A stretch of DNA of 64,000 bases. Origin: Bdellovibrionales bacterium. Its GTDB lineage: Bacteria > Bdellovibrionota > Bdellovibrionia > Bdellovibrionales > CAYMLA01. The position numbers and the translations under genes were made by a program. Below are positions 52,992 through 62,999 of the stretch, one piece after another (the stretch's first letter is position 1; the number at the start of each line of letters is the position of its first letter). The notes under the pieces were generated by a model, which did no database searches, was not told where the DNA came from, and saw only the letters and a program-made list of their open reading frames with translations. The stretch lies in assembly GCA_965217115.1 (NCBI GenBank), contig OZ244239.1:1856001-1920000 (forward strand). The letters are read 5' to 3'.

Positions 52992-53124
52992 AATAAGGCG
53001 TTTCTTAGGCAGATCTTCACCGTAAAGCTCAGACATTCGGTTGGCAGCACTGCTCACTGAAAAGTGAGCAGTGCACCAATCCGAACTCGCTTTACGGTGA
53101 AGATCTGCCTAAGAAACTCTTATT
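52992..53124. repeat. long imperfect palindrome, copy 2
   Basis: GTTTCTTAGGCAGATCTTCACCGTAAAGC ... GCTTTACGGTGAAGATCTGCCTAAGAAAC. Confidence 0.92.
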
Positions 53125-53357
53125 GAAACCTGCGATTGGACTGGGAACAGCGGAGATTGGAGGACAACGGAAGGGGCAACGGAAAAGGGGCGACGGAAGG
53201 GGCGACGGAAGGGGTGACGGAAGGGGTGAAGGAGTGGGCTTATAGGTCTAGGACTTATGCTTGAAACTGCTACTATGTCCAGTTTGGACTCTTTTTGAGT
53301 TTTCTTTTCAAAAGGTTAAGTTATGATTTATGTGAAGATAATGCCTATTGGAGGTCG

Positions 53358-54110
53358 ATGATGTTAAAGATTTTTTGTACAGTGTTTATATTTTGTTCCT
53401 CACTTGCAGCTGAAAACAGGTTGGGTATTGGTGGGTCCAAGGGTGTTGATGGGTCCCCGGGTATTGGTGGGTCCCCGGGTATTGGTGGGTCCACGGGTGC
53501 TACATTCCCGGGTAGTGTATTCCCGAGTGGTGCATTTGGGGGTAGTCTATTCGGGGGTAGTCTATTCGGGGGTAGTCTATTCCCGAGTGGTGCATTCGGG
53601 GGTGGTCTATTCATTGCTGGTATGGTCAAGGGATTTTTAGCATCAAACCTTGAGACCTGTTCAGAGAGGCTTATGGATATAAATGGTATGGATGCAGATT
53701 TAAGAATAGCTTATAAGCCTCATACCTACAATCCAGTTCCCATTTTCAAAAAGGTCGCAAATGGTATTGTGACAGTGACAACTCCATCCGGAACAATGAC
53801 AATTACGGGACGAAACTGTCAAACGGCAAAGGAGCCAACAAGTATAAAAGTGATTTCAGATTTGATTTCTGAATTACCTGAAAAAGTTGGTAAACGTCTT
53901 AAAGAGATGATAGCTAGGGATGAACCTTACAAAAAGTTACTAGAAGTATCTAAAGGATATTTAGGATTTTTAAAGGACGAATGCTCGATGACGGGTGTAG
54001 AAGAGATAGATGCCTCTGCTAGGAGAGCTGTAGAAATAATTTCTTCCCGTGGTGGTTTTGGTTCTCATCCTGAATATCATAAACAAGAAAAGGGTGTTAA
54101 CGATGGGTAA
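53358..54110 (+). CDS. secreted protein with Gly-rich N-terminal repeats, paralog A
   Basis: GGAGG RBS before ATG 53358; signal peptide; GIGGSx and FGGSL repeats. Confidence 0.75.
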   Translation: MMLKIFCTVFIFCSSLAAENRLGIGGSKGVDGSPGIGGSPGIGGSTGATFPGSVFPSGAFGGSLFGGSLFGGSLFPSGAFGGGLFIAGMVKGFLASNLETCSERLMDINGMDADLRIAYKPHTYNPVPIFKKVANGIVTVTTPSGTMTITGRNCQTAKEPTSIKVISDLISELPEKVGKRLKEMIARDEPYKKLLEVSKGYLGFLKDECSMTGVEEIDASARRAVEIISSRGGFGSHPEYHKQEKGVNDG

Positions 54111-54259
54111 GGGAAGGGACAACGGAGGTTGAAGGCAGTGGGCTTTGGGTCTAGGGCTTATGGTTGAAGCTGTTATTATGTCCAGTCTTGACTCTTTTTG
54201 AGTTTTTTTTAAAAAGGTTAAGTTATAATTTATGTGAAGATAATGCCTATTGGAGGTCG

Positions 54260-54883
54260 ATGATGTTAAAGGTTTTTTGTACAGTGTTTATATTTTGTTC
54301 CGCACTTGTAGCTGAAAATAATTTGAGTGAACATGGTGGATACGCCGGTGGTGGTGGATTCACGGAAGGTGGATTCACGAAGGGTGCAGGTCAAAAAATA
54401 TCTCTTAGCGATAAAAAGGCTTTAACAGACAACCTTGTAAACTGTATAGGGAGTCTGAAAAAGATCAGTGATATGGGTGATGTCGAGTTAGAAATAGATC
54501 CTAGCTCCAAAGAAGGGGTATGGCCCGTTTTCACAAAGATCCAAAATGATATTGTGACAGTGACAACTCCAAGCGGAACAACGAAAATTACGGGACGAAA
54601 ATGTCAATCGTCAAAGAAGCCAACAAGTATGAAAATGATTTCAGATTTAATTTCTGAATCACCTGAAAATCTTGATCAACATCTTAAGGGAAGTAAGGTA
54701 AGCTCTAACAAAAAAATATCGGGAAAGACTGGAGAATATTTAAAAATTCTAAAGGAACAATGCTCGAAGACGAGTATAAAAGATATAAATAGATCTGCTA
54801 GGATAGCTGTGGAAGAAATTTCTTCCCGTGTTGGTCCTGGTTATCATCCCGTACATAAGAAAAATAGAAGTGTCATTAACTGA
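54260..54883 (+). CDS. secreted protein, paralog B
   Basis: Near-identical upstream region and signal peptide to paralog A; shared IVTVTTPSGT..ITGR.CQ and ISDLISE.PE. Confidence 0.75.
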   Translation: MMLKVFCTVFIFCSALVAENNLSEHGGYAGGGGFTEGGFTKGAGQKISLSDKKALTDNLVNCIGSLKKISDMGDVELEIDPSSKEGVWPVFTKIQNDIVTVTTPSGTTKITGRKCQSSKKPTSMKMISDLISESPENLDQHLKGSKVSSNKKISGKTGEYLKILKEQCSKTSIKDINRSARIAVEEISSRVGPGYHPVHKKNRSVIN

Positions 54884-54898
54884 GTTCTTGGTTTTGTA

Positions 54899-55031
54899 AA
54901 TAAGGCGTTTCTTAGGCAGATCTTCACCGTAAAGCTCAGACATTCGGTTGGCAGCACGGCTCACTGAAAAGTGAGCAGTGCACCAATCCGAACTCGCTTT
55001 ACGGTGAAGATCTGCCTAAGAAACTCTTATT
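54899..55031. repeat. long imperfect palindrome, copy 3
   Basis: Near-identical to copy 2; part of a ~195-bp direct repeat 52967-53164 / 54874-55071. Confidence 0.92.
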
Positions 55032-55239
55032 GAAACCTGCGATTGGACTGGGAACAGCGGAGGTTGGAGGCAGTGGGCTTTGGGTTTGACTCGCTTTAGG
55101 GTGAAGAATTGGCTAAGAGACTCCTATGAAATCTGCGATTGGACTGGGGACAGCGGAAGGTGGAGGCAGTGGGCTTTGGGTTTGACTCGTTTTAGGGTGA
55201 AGAATTGGCTAAGAGACTGTTACCTAGTTCATTCCAAGT

Positions 55240-55920
55240 TTAGTATGGATCAATAAGTACAAAGCCATTTTCCGTGAGTAAAATGTTATCTGGTTTAAAC
55301 ATAATATCTCCCTGAAACTTCTTGACGGTAGTCGCCGTGGAAATAATCTGATACATTCCAGTGGGTACAAGCTTTAAATCTTTATAAGTTTTATATTCTG
55401 ATATGCTAATATCATTCCCATAAGATCTTAAAAAGACAGCAACCTCCTCAACAAGCCTATTATATTTAGAGATGGACTCCGCATCAAGGTGGCCATCGAG
55501 CCATAGTTTCTCTAAGTCTGTACCACGGTGGTATTCGAGATCAACTATAAGGCGCTTCATATGGGGGAACCTTGGATCAGTGACTTGTTTTGTTTGAATT
55601 ACTTTTACAACATTCAAGCCTTCTATGCCTGAAGCCCTAAACATATCGAGTATCTTTAAGTCTTCCAGAGAACGTGCCTTCTGCGGCCATTGGAATTTTT
55701 TAATGTCTGTACTATATATCTTTCTTGCAAAAGGCCCATTGGGGCCATCAACTAAGTATACTGAGGCTCCCCAACCTTTACCTAACAAAACCGCGGACTC
55801 TCCATCTAAAACAGTTAACTTTCCCCCATGAACAAAGAGGGAAGAAAACAAAGATTCACAAGTATTTGCAAAAGAGAATAATGGACAGAAGAAAAAAAAG
55901 ATAAGAAGTTGTTTTTTCAT
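55240..55920 (-). CDS. secreted protein-kinase-like protein
   Basis: Signal peptide; LGKGWGASVY Gly-loop, ARK, KPDNILL, LIDP. Confidence 0.65.
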   Translation of the reverse strand: MKKQLLIFFFFCPLFSFANTCESLFSSLFVHGGKLTVLDGESAVLLGKGWGASVYLVDGPNGPFARKIYSTDIKKFQWPQKARSLEDLKILDMFRASGIEGLNVVKVIQTKQVTDPRFPHMKRLIVDLEYHRGTDLEKLWLDGHLDAESISKYNRLVEEVAVFLRSYGNDISISEYKTYKDLKLVPTGMYQIISTATTVKKFQGDIMFKPDNILLTENGFVLIDPY

Positions 55921-56777
55921 TTATAAACCTACCTTAAGCAAGGTTTCTGTCAGGGTTATCTCTCTATTACGATTCACTAAGTAAAACTTCTGTTTAAGTA
56001 ACCAACACTTTGACAGTTTTGTGAAATTTTTAAAGTAATAGTCTGGTATCGTTCTATTTTCTTGGGAGACCCATTCTCCTGAATCAGATTGAGACCGTTA
56101 GTTTCAAGGGTCTAGAGTACATATTCTATGCCATCGAGAAAACAGTTCAAATATCAGTTTATCAGTGCTTGAGGCTTTTTGAGATGTCTACCCCCTTGCG
56201 TAGATTGTCAGTTTAGAGTTTTAAAAAGAGACTTCTCCTGCGGTAGAGTTTAGTTGCACGGCTTAACTACTGCCACAGGGCACCAATCCGAACTCGCTTT
56301 ACGGTGAAGACCTGCCTAAGAGACTCTTGTGAAATCTGCGATTGGGCTGAGGACAGTGGAGATTGAAGGACAACGGAGGTTGAGGGGTGCTATTGAAACT
56401 TGCGATTGGCTTGGGAAGAGCGGAGGTTGAGGGGCAACGGAGGTTGAAGGAGTGGGCTTTGGGTTTTTTGGGACTTATGGTTGAGACTGTTATTATAGTA
56501 TGGATGCAGATTTAAAAGTAGATTATATGCCTCAGACCAAAGAGGTATGGCCGTTTTCACAAAACCACCTTGTGTTATCCAGTTTCAATGGAATAGTGAT
56601 CAGCAGTCTTTAGAGGTTGGCAGTATTGTCACAAAAGACCGTTTTAAATAGCAAGTTTTCCTGAAAATATAGAAATGGCCTCCGTATGAGGAAACCATTT
56701 TAAATCTCTGAGTTTTGTGATTTTTAATTCGTCTTAGATACTAGAGTTAAAAAAACATATTTACGCAAATGACAAAA

Positions 56778-57539
56778 TCAATGAATTGCTTTTTTTTGTT
56801 GATTTACGCCTTGTGAATGTCCACTCTTCTGTTTGCCTAAACCCAGTGAAACTTGGCACTTATTGCTTAAAACAACACTCTTGTTATTAATCAAACAGCC
56901 ACGGTCATATGTTTTTGAGCAATATTTTTTCATCTCTAATTTACAGTTTTCATGCTCCGATAGGTCAAATTCGTATCTTTCATTAAGGTTTATACACTGA
57001 GCCTTAACAGATGCCTCAATTTTATATGTTTTTTTAACTTTAGGGTCACGTAATGCTCGACTTAACATCAAAGTATTATTTTTTTTGTCATAGATAAAAA
57101 AACCAGACCCACCATTATGTCCCCCTGAAACTTTAATTGTTTGATCAGTCTCTTTAGCTGGAGTCATTGGCCAGTTTCCATAGTCAAGGGCCGCCCCTAC
57201 TCCGACATACAGCTTCCCTTTGTCGCCTTCGACATAACCAAGCAGTTCTATTTCCTTATTCTCATTACTAGATTGATTGCCTGTTTCTGCTCGAAAAATA
57301 CAGACGTCTATCTTCTTGGGGCTTCGAGCGGCAGTTGGATTAACCTTATTAACCTTTAAAACATTACAGGCTGCTACGATATGGGTTGTTCTATAAAAGT
57401 CATTGTGTCTCTTATTGGGGCGAAATTTTTTGCAGCCTTTAATTAACTGTTTCTTCTCTGTGTCCTTTGCAATCGAATGAAAAGGGAGACTAAAAATTAA
57501 AAGCAAACATGATAATCTTGTAAAAATAGACATAATCAA
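56778..57539 (-). CDS. secreted Cys-containing hypothetical protein
   Basis: AGGAG RBS, signal peptide, 253-aa ORF. Confidence 0.7.
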   Translation of the reverse strand: MIMSIFTRLSCLLLIFSLPFHSIAKDTEKKQLIKGCKKFRPNKRHNDFYRTTHIVAACNVLKVNKVNPTAARSPKKIDVCIFRAETGNQSSNENKEIELLGYVEGDKGKLYVGVGAALDYGNWPMTPAKETDQTIKVSGGHNGGSGFFIYDKKNNTLMLSRALRDPKVKKTYKIEASVKAQCINLNERYEFDLSEHENCKLEMKKYCSKTYDRGCLINNKSVVLSNKCQVSLGLGKQKSGHSQGVNQQKKAIH

Positions 57540-57797
57540 AAACTCCTTAGGTTATAATCCCTTATCGGAAAAAATTACTGGTCCTTTAATGTGGGAACAG
57601 CGGAGGTTGGAGGCAGTGAGCTTTGGGTTTGACTCGCTTTACGGTGAAGACCTGCCTAAGAAACTCTTATTGAAACCTGCGATTGGACTGGGAACAGCGG
57701 AGGTTGAAGGGCAGCGGAGGTTGAAGGGCAGCGGAGGTTGAAGGGCAGTGGAGGTTGGGGGGCAAGGGTAAAAGGAGAAGGAGGGGGGGGGGCTTAT

Positions 57798-57812
57798 TGA
57801 TAATGATTATTA
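57798..57812 (+). promoter_or_regulatory. Fur box (7-1-7)
   Basis: TGATAAT-G-ATTATTA, one mismatch from TGATAATnATTATCA, just upstream of fur. Confidence 0.72.
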
Positions 57813-57855
57813 ATTAGCTTGACGGTGGGTGGGGCGAGTTGTTAGACAGGGGGGC

Positions 57856-58344
57856 ATGAACAAAAGAGATTCTATGTTGCCCCGGCAAAATTCTATAGCT
57901 GAGACGATTATTAATCGTGAGAGAATGGAAGAAGAAGATTTTAGGGACATGATTCGTCAGATGGGGTTGAAGGTGACCTATCAGAGGGTGACGATTCTCA
58001 ATGCTCTCTACGTTGGACATAATCATATGACGGCCCAGGAACTTTTTGAAAAGGTGAGGAAGGTTTTTTCAGAGATTGGTTTTGCCACGGTTTATCGTTT
58101 TTTACGTAAATTGACAGATCATCAATTGGTGACAGAAGTTCGTATGGGCGGATTGCCTGCCCGTTATGAATTAACGCCTAAAAATCATCACGATCATTTG
58201 ACTTGTGTGGTGTGTGGTAAAATTTGTGAATTTGAAAATCCAGAGATAGAGAGTCTGCAAGAAGAGGTGGCCAAGTTTTATGGGTTTCAACTCACTCACC
58301 ATGTTTTGGAACTATACGGGCATTGCTCTAATTGTTCTGTTTAA
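57856..58344 (+). CDS. fur: Fur-family transcriptional regulator (probable start 57856 or slightly downstream)
   Basis: GLKVTYQR, ATVYRFL, HHDHLTCVVCG, GHCSNC. Confidence 0.92.
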   Translation: MNKRDSMLPRQNSIAETIINRERMEEEDFRDMIRQMGLKVTYQRVTILNALYVGHNHMTAQELFEKVRKVFSEIGFATVYRFLRKLTDHQLVTEVRMGGLPARYELTPKNHHDHLTCVVCGKICEFENPEIESLQEEVAKFYGFQLTHHVLELYGHCSNCSV

Positions 58345-58368
58345 TTCTTTTTAGGAAAAGGTCTGAGA

Positions 58369-60975
58369 ATGGGAAGAGAGCAAGACGGAATAGTCGTCAA
58401 AGGAGCTTCTGAGAACAATCTCAAATCGGTGGATGTCTTTATTCCTCGCAATAAAGTCACTGTGATCACTGGCCTGAGTGGTAGTGGAAAATCCAGTTTG
58501 GCTTTTGACACCATATATGCCGAAGGCCAACGTCGTTATGTGGAAGGTTTATCAACTTATGCTAGAAATTTTTTGGTGCAACTGGAAAAACCAGATGTCG
58601 AAACGATCACTGGTCTATCTCCTTCAATCGCCATCCATCAGGGTGCGATTTCAACAAATCCACGTTCTACAGTGGGAACGGTGACAGAGGTTTATGATTA
58701 TTTGCGTTTATTATTTGCTAAAGTGGGAGTTCCCCATTGTCCAGTGCATCAGATACCAGTGGAGAGTCAAAAGCCTGAACAAATTATAAAGAGCATTTTA
58801 CAGCATAAAGAAGGGACAAAAATTTATATTTTATCTCCTGTGGCGAGAGAGAAAAAAGGGGAATTTACTAAAGAGTTTCAAAAATGGATGGGACAAGGTT
58901 TTGTTAAAGCTAAAATAGACAGTCGATTGGAGGAGTTGTCAGAAAATAGAAAGCTAGCAAAGACAAAGGCCCATAATATAGATTTAGTTGTCGATCAGAT
59001 TGTAATAAAAAAGGGAATTAAAAATCGCTTGGCCGAAAGCGTGAACCGCGCTCTTATTGTAAGCGGTGGTCGTGTGATAGTAGACTGCCTAGAAAACGGT
59101 GTCGGTGATGAGGGAGGTAGTTACTCAATTCACTCGGCGTGTCCTGTTTGCCAGTTTTCTTTTCCTGAGTTAGATCCCCGTATGTTTAGTTTTAACAATC
59201 CGATGGGAGCTTGTTCGACCTGTCATGGGTTGGGGAGTTTGGATTTTGATGAGATTGAGAATAATGAATCTCAAAATATGAGTGGTAATAAATGGACTTT
59301 CAGAGGTCAGAGCGTCGATGAGCAGGATGATTTTGAAGGGATTGATGAATTAGGTGTGAATATTTGTTCCGACTGTGATGGTTCTAGGTTGCGGTTGGAA
59401 TCAAGAAGTATTCTTGTTGGCGAGAGAAACATTCATCAACTATCAAGTGCTCCGATTGATCAGCTGGTTTCGACTTTGGAGATGTTCGAGTTTCAGAAGA
59501 AGAACAATGTCATCGCTAAGAAGATTTTAGTTCAATTATTCCAGAGGCTTCGTTATCTTCTCAGGGTTGGCGTAGGTTATTTGAGCTTAGATCGTCCAGC
59601 CAGAACTTTATCTGGGGGCGAGGCCCAGAGGATTCGTTTGGCCAGTCAGGTGGGATCGGCGCTCATTGGTGTGCTATATGTTTTAGATGAACCAAGTATT
59701 GGCTTGCATCCGAGGGATCATCATCAGCTATTGGAAATTATTGGTGAGTTGAGGGACAAAGGCAATACGGTGCTTCTCGTTGAACACGATGAGGACACCA
59801 TTCGTTTTGCTGATCACGTGATTGACATGGGACTGCGTGCGGGAAATTTAGGGGGGGAGGTGATCGCCTACGGTTCTCCAGAAGCAGTGGCTAAAAACAA
59901 GCAAAGTCTCACAGGTGCTTATCTATCGGGGAAGAAATTTATTTCTATTCCCTCCCATCGAAGACCGGGGATGGGTCAGCAGATTGAGCTTCAAGGGGCA
60001 ACGGGAAATAATCTTAAGAATGTGGATTTGAAACTCCCCCTTGGAACTCTTATTGGAGTTACGGGTGTTTCAGGCAGTGGAAAAAGCACATTGGTCGTTG
60101 ATACATTTTGTCGTATTATTGCAAAACAGTTCTATCGCTCTAAGAGAATCCCTTATGCTTACAGAAAAATAACGGGACTTGAACACATAGATAAAGTGAT
60201 TCAAATCAATCAGTACCCCATCGGACGAACTTCGAGGTCGACTCCTGGAACTTATGTGGGTTTGCTGCCGTTGATTCGTGAGCTATTCTCACAAACATCC
60301 GAGGCGAGGATGCGTGGTTACAGACCAGGACGTTTTAGTTTCAATGTGCCTGAAGGTCGCTGTGAGGAATGTCGAGGGTTAGGAAGAATCCGTTTGGAGA
60401 TGAATTTTCTTTCCGATGTTTTTGTCTCTTGTGAACAGTGTGGAGGAAGGCGCTATAATAGGGAGACTTTAATTATTAAGTACAGAGACAAAAATATTTC
60501 CGATGTTTTGGAAATGACAGTGCTTGAGGCGTTGGATTTTTTTAAGAATCATAAGACGATTTTTCGTAAATTAGAGACTTTGCATAAAGTCGGTTTAGAT
60601 TATATGACTTTAGGCCAGAGTTCGACGACTCTGTCAGGAGGAGAGGCTCAAAGAGTGAAGTTATCTAAGGAACTATCAAAAAAAAGCACAGGTAAAACTT
60701 TTTATGTTTTGGATGAACCAACAACGGGGTTGCATTTTGAGGATGTCGCTAAACTGGTGGAGCTTTTGCATAGTTTAGTGAATCAATTTAATACAGTTTT
60801 GGTGATTGAACACAATATGGATGTGATAAAAAACTGTGATTATGTTGTTGATTTAGGTCCAGAAGGTGGGGTCGGTGGCGGAGAGGTCATTGCAGAAGGG
60901 ACTCCAGAGGAGATTAAAAAAGTGTCTCAAAGTTATACGGGCTCTTTTTTAAAGCTAGACTCAAAGAGCCTCTAA
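58369..60975 (+). CDS. uvrA: excinuclease ABC subunit A
   Basis: GLSGSGKSSLAFDTIYAEGQRRY; two LSGGEAQR; GVSGSGKST; zinc fingers. Confidence 0.95.
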   Translation: MGREQDGIVVKGASENNLKSVDVFIPRNKVTVITGLSGSGKSSLAFDTIYAEGQRRYVEGLSTYARNFLVQLEKPDVETITGLSPSIAIHQGAISTNPRSTVGTVTEVYDYLRLLFAKVGVPHCPVHQIPVESQKPEQIIKSILQHKEGTKIYILSPVAREKKGEFTKEFQKWMGQGFVKAKIDSRLEELSENRKLAKTKAHNIDLVVDQIVIKKGIKNRLAESVNRALIVSGGRVIVDCLENGVGDEGGSYSIHSACPVCQFSFPELDPRMFSFNNPMGACSTCHGLGSLDFDEIENNESQNMSGNKWTFRGQSVDEQDDFEGIDELGVNICSDCDGSRLRLESRSILVGERNIHQLSSAPIDQLVSTLEMFEFQKKNNVIAKKILVQLFQRLRYLLRVGVGYLSLDRPARTLSGGEAQRIRLASQVGSALIGVLYVLDEPSIGLHPRDHHQLLEIIGELRDKGNTVLLVEHDEDTIRFADHVIDMGLRAGNLGGEVIAYGSPEAVAKNKQSLTGAYLSGKKFISIPSHRRPGMGQQIELQGATGNNLKNVDLKLPLGTLIGVTGVSGSGKSTLVVDTFCRIIAKQFYRSKRIPYAYRKITGLEHIDKVIQINQYPIGRTSRSTPGTYVGLLPLIRELFSQTSEARMRGYRPGRFSFNVPEGRCEECRGLGRIRLEMNFLSDVFVSCEQCGGRRYNRETLIIKYRDKNISDVLEMTVLEALDFFKNHKTIFRKLETLHKVGLDYMTLGQSSTTLSGGEAQRVKLSKELSKKSTGKTFYVLDEPTTGLHFEDVAKLVELLHSLVNQFNTVLVIEHNMDVIKNCDYVVDLGPEGGVGGGEVIAEGTPEEIKKVSQSYTGSFLKLDSKSL

Positions 60976-61050
60976 ATTATTTAAAAAAAAACACCATAAG
61001 CCCGATAGACCGTATGTACTGACTATTTTAGATTGGGAGTGTGCGCATTT

Positions 61051-61692
61051 ATGTGGGGTGATATACCAAATTGGGTGGAGAGTGTCGCTAGAGCATTGAT
61101 GATATCTTTAAGGGTAAAGGACCCGTTGACGTTTGATCACTGTTGTCGAGTGGGTAAGACTTCAAGACTGTTGGCTAAGGCGATGGGCCTTAACGAGTAT
61201 GAGCAGAGAGTCGCTGAGTTTTCAGGTCTATTCCATGACATTGGTAAAATAGGAATTTCCAATGATATTATTTGTAAGCCTGAGAAATTAACAGATGAAG
61301 AGTATCAAGAGATGAAAAAACACCCGTTAAAAAGTGTAGAGATAATATCTTCTGTGGACCATGCTTTTTTTAAAGATCTGCTTCCGGGAGTGCAGCATCA
61401 CCATGAGAGAGTAGATGGTCTGGGTTATCCTTTTAATTTAAAAGGGGATAGTATCCCTCTGATGGCTCGGCTGAATCTTGTTGCTGACACTTATGATGCC
61501 ATGACTGAGAACCGTTCTTATCGTAAGGGCTTGTCAAAAGAAATCGTGTACAAGGAAATAGAGGAACTCTCTGGGCGGCAATTTGATTCTCAAATCGGGA
61601 AGATTTTTATAGAGGCACACCCCCATTGGAAAAGAGAAGAGGGTGAAAGTGAAATAAGTATCATTGAAGGTCTATTTAAAAAAGTCGATTGA
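61051..61692 (+). CDS. HD-GYP domain phosphodiesterase
   Basis: HCCRV, FHDIGK, HHERVDGLGYP, ADTYDAMT; probable start MWGD at 61051. Confidence 0.88.
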   Translation: MWGDIPNWVESVARALMISLRVKDPLTFDHCCRVGKTSRLLAKAMGLNEYEQRVAEFSGLFHDIGKIGISNDIICKPEKLTDEEYQEMKKHPLKSVEIISSVDHAFFKDLLPGVQHHHERVDGLGYPFNLKGDSIPLMARLNLVADTYDAMTENRSYRKGLSKEIVYKEIEELSGRQFDSQIGKIFIEAHPHWKREEGESEISIIEGLFKKVD

Positions 61693-61893
61693 AAAAATGC
61701 CATTGAGGTTGATTATTTAGTGTGATCAATTATCAATAAATTCAGGAATTAAGGTCGTATTTGAAAATTTTACTCGATCTCTGAAGTCTTTTACTTATGC
61801 ATAGGCGTGGGGTATTGAGTGATTGTCCTTGATTTTAATATGGTTTCCATGGGAATTTGACATAGCTTATTGCAGGTTTTTTTGAGGGTGAGA

Positions 61894-62787
61894 ATGAAGT
61901 CGTTATTTAATAAAGATCAAGGACAGTCTTCTCAGTTAGAGTTATCTCTGAAGCGTTCTCAAGAGAAGGATCGCAACCATCATTTAGGTGGGCGAAGTTT
62001 CTATTTTTTTGATTTTGATGATAACCTTGTCTTTTTAAATACACCACTTATTTTATTTCATAAAGAAACTCAGAAGGAGTTGCCTGTTACCAGCGAACAG
62101 TGGGTGATTCATTATCCTGATGTTGGAAAAAGAGGTCCGTATAAGAATTACGAAATGATTGATGACAATGCCGTAGGCACTTTTCGTTATTTCCGTGACC
62201 ATAATATGAGTTGGATAAAAAAAATACTAGGAGGGCAGCAGGCTTTTGTTCGTGATATCATGGCGGCTCTAGGTCGGCCTGATTTTCATTGGAAGGGGCC
62301 TTCGTGGAATTGTTTTTATCATGCGACTTTTAATAAAAGGCCGACGTCTATAATCACTGCTAGGGGGCATAAACCTGATACGGTGAAGGCGGGGATCAGT
62401 CGTTTTGTGAAATCTAGACACTTGCCACATCAACCAAATATTTTGAGCATTTATCCTGTGAGTTATGATAAAACTCGGAGAGAGTTGGGGGATGTAAATT
62501 TGAGTGCCTCTATCCCAGAGCTTAAGAAAAGAGCTATTCGAGCATCGGTGGAAGAGGCGAAGAGAGTTTATGGTGATAGCCCTCACCATCGTTTTGGTAT
62601 GTCAGATGATGATCCAAAAAATATTGAACTGATTATTAATAGTATGAAAGAGCTTAAAGTTGAAAACCCACAAATGTCTTTCTTTGTAGTCGATACCCAT
62701 AAGAGCCAATTTGTAAAGTGGGAGATATTTGAGAATAAGAATAATGTTGAGTATTTTGATAGGCAAGAGCAATTAGTCTTGAGCTAA
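61894..62787 (+). CDS. HAD-like hypothetical protein
   Basis: FFDFDDNL, ITARG and GMSDDD resemble HAD motifs I, II and IV. Confidence 0.6.
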   Translation: MKSLFNKDQGQSSQLELSLKRSQEKDRNHHLGGRSFYFFDFDDNLVFLNTPLILFHKETQKELPVTSEQWVIHYPDVGKRGPYKNYEMIDDNAVGTFRYFRDHNMSWIKKILGGQQAFVRDIMAALGRPDFHWKGPSWNCFYHATFNKRPTSIITARGHKPDTVKAGISRFVKSRHLPHQPNILSIYPVSYDKTRRELGDVNLSASIPELKKRAIRASVEEAKRVYGDSPHHRFGMSDDDPKNIELIINSMKELKVENPQMSFFVVDTHKSQFVKWEIFENKNNVEYFDRQEQLVLS

Positions 62788-62999
62788 ATAACAAAAATCG
62801 CAGCCATTCTCAAGGGTCTTCTTGAGTCTAAAATAATAAGAATCCATAAAAAAAGCCTCTCTTTGCCCAAACATAAGTCTGGTAAAGGGAGGGAACTCAC
62901 TGCGTCTTTATCTTTTATCTCGCCTAATATTTCTAGATTGAACATAATTTAGAGAGGTTGAGTGGAATATGGATAATGGTGAAGAGAGGTTGTGATTTT

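Noticed and set aside
52590..57790. CRISPR array or integron cassette array
   Set aside because: Repeats are ~100-135 bp, irregularly spaced and lack uniform unique spacers; no cas or intI genes are present, and there are no clear RYYYAAC/GTTRRRY attC ends.
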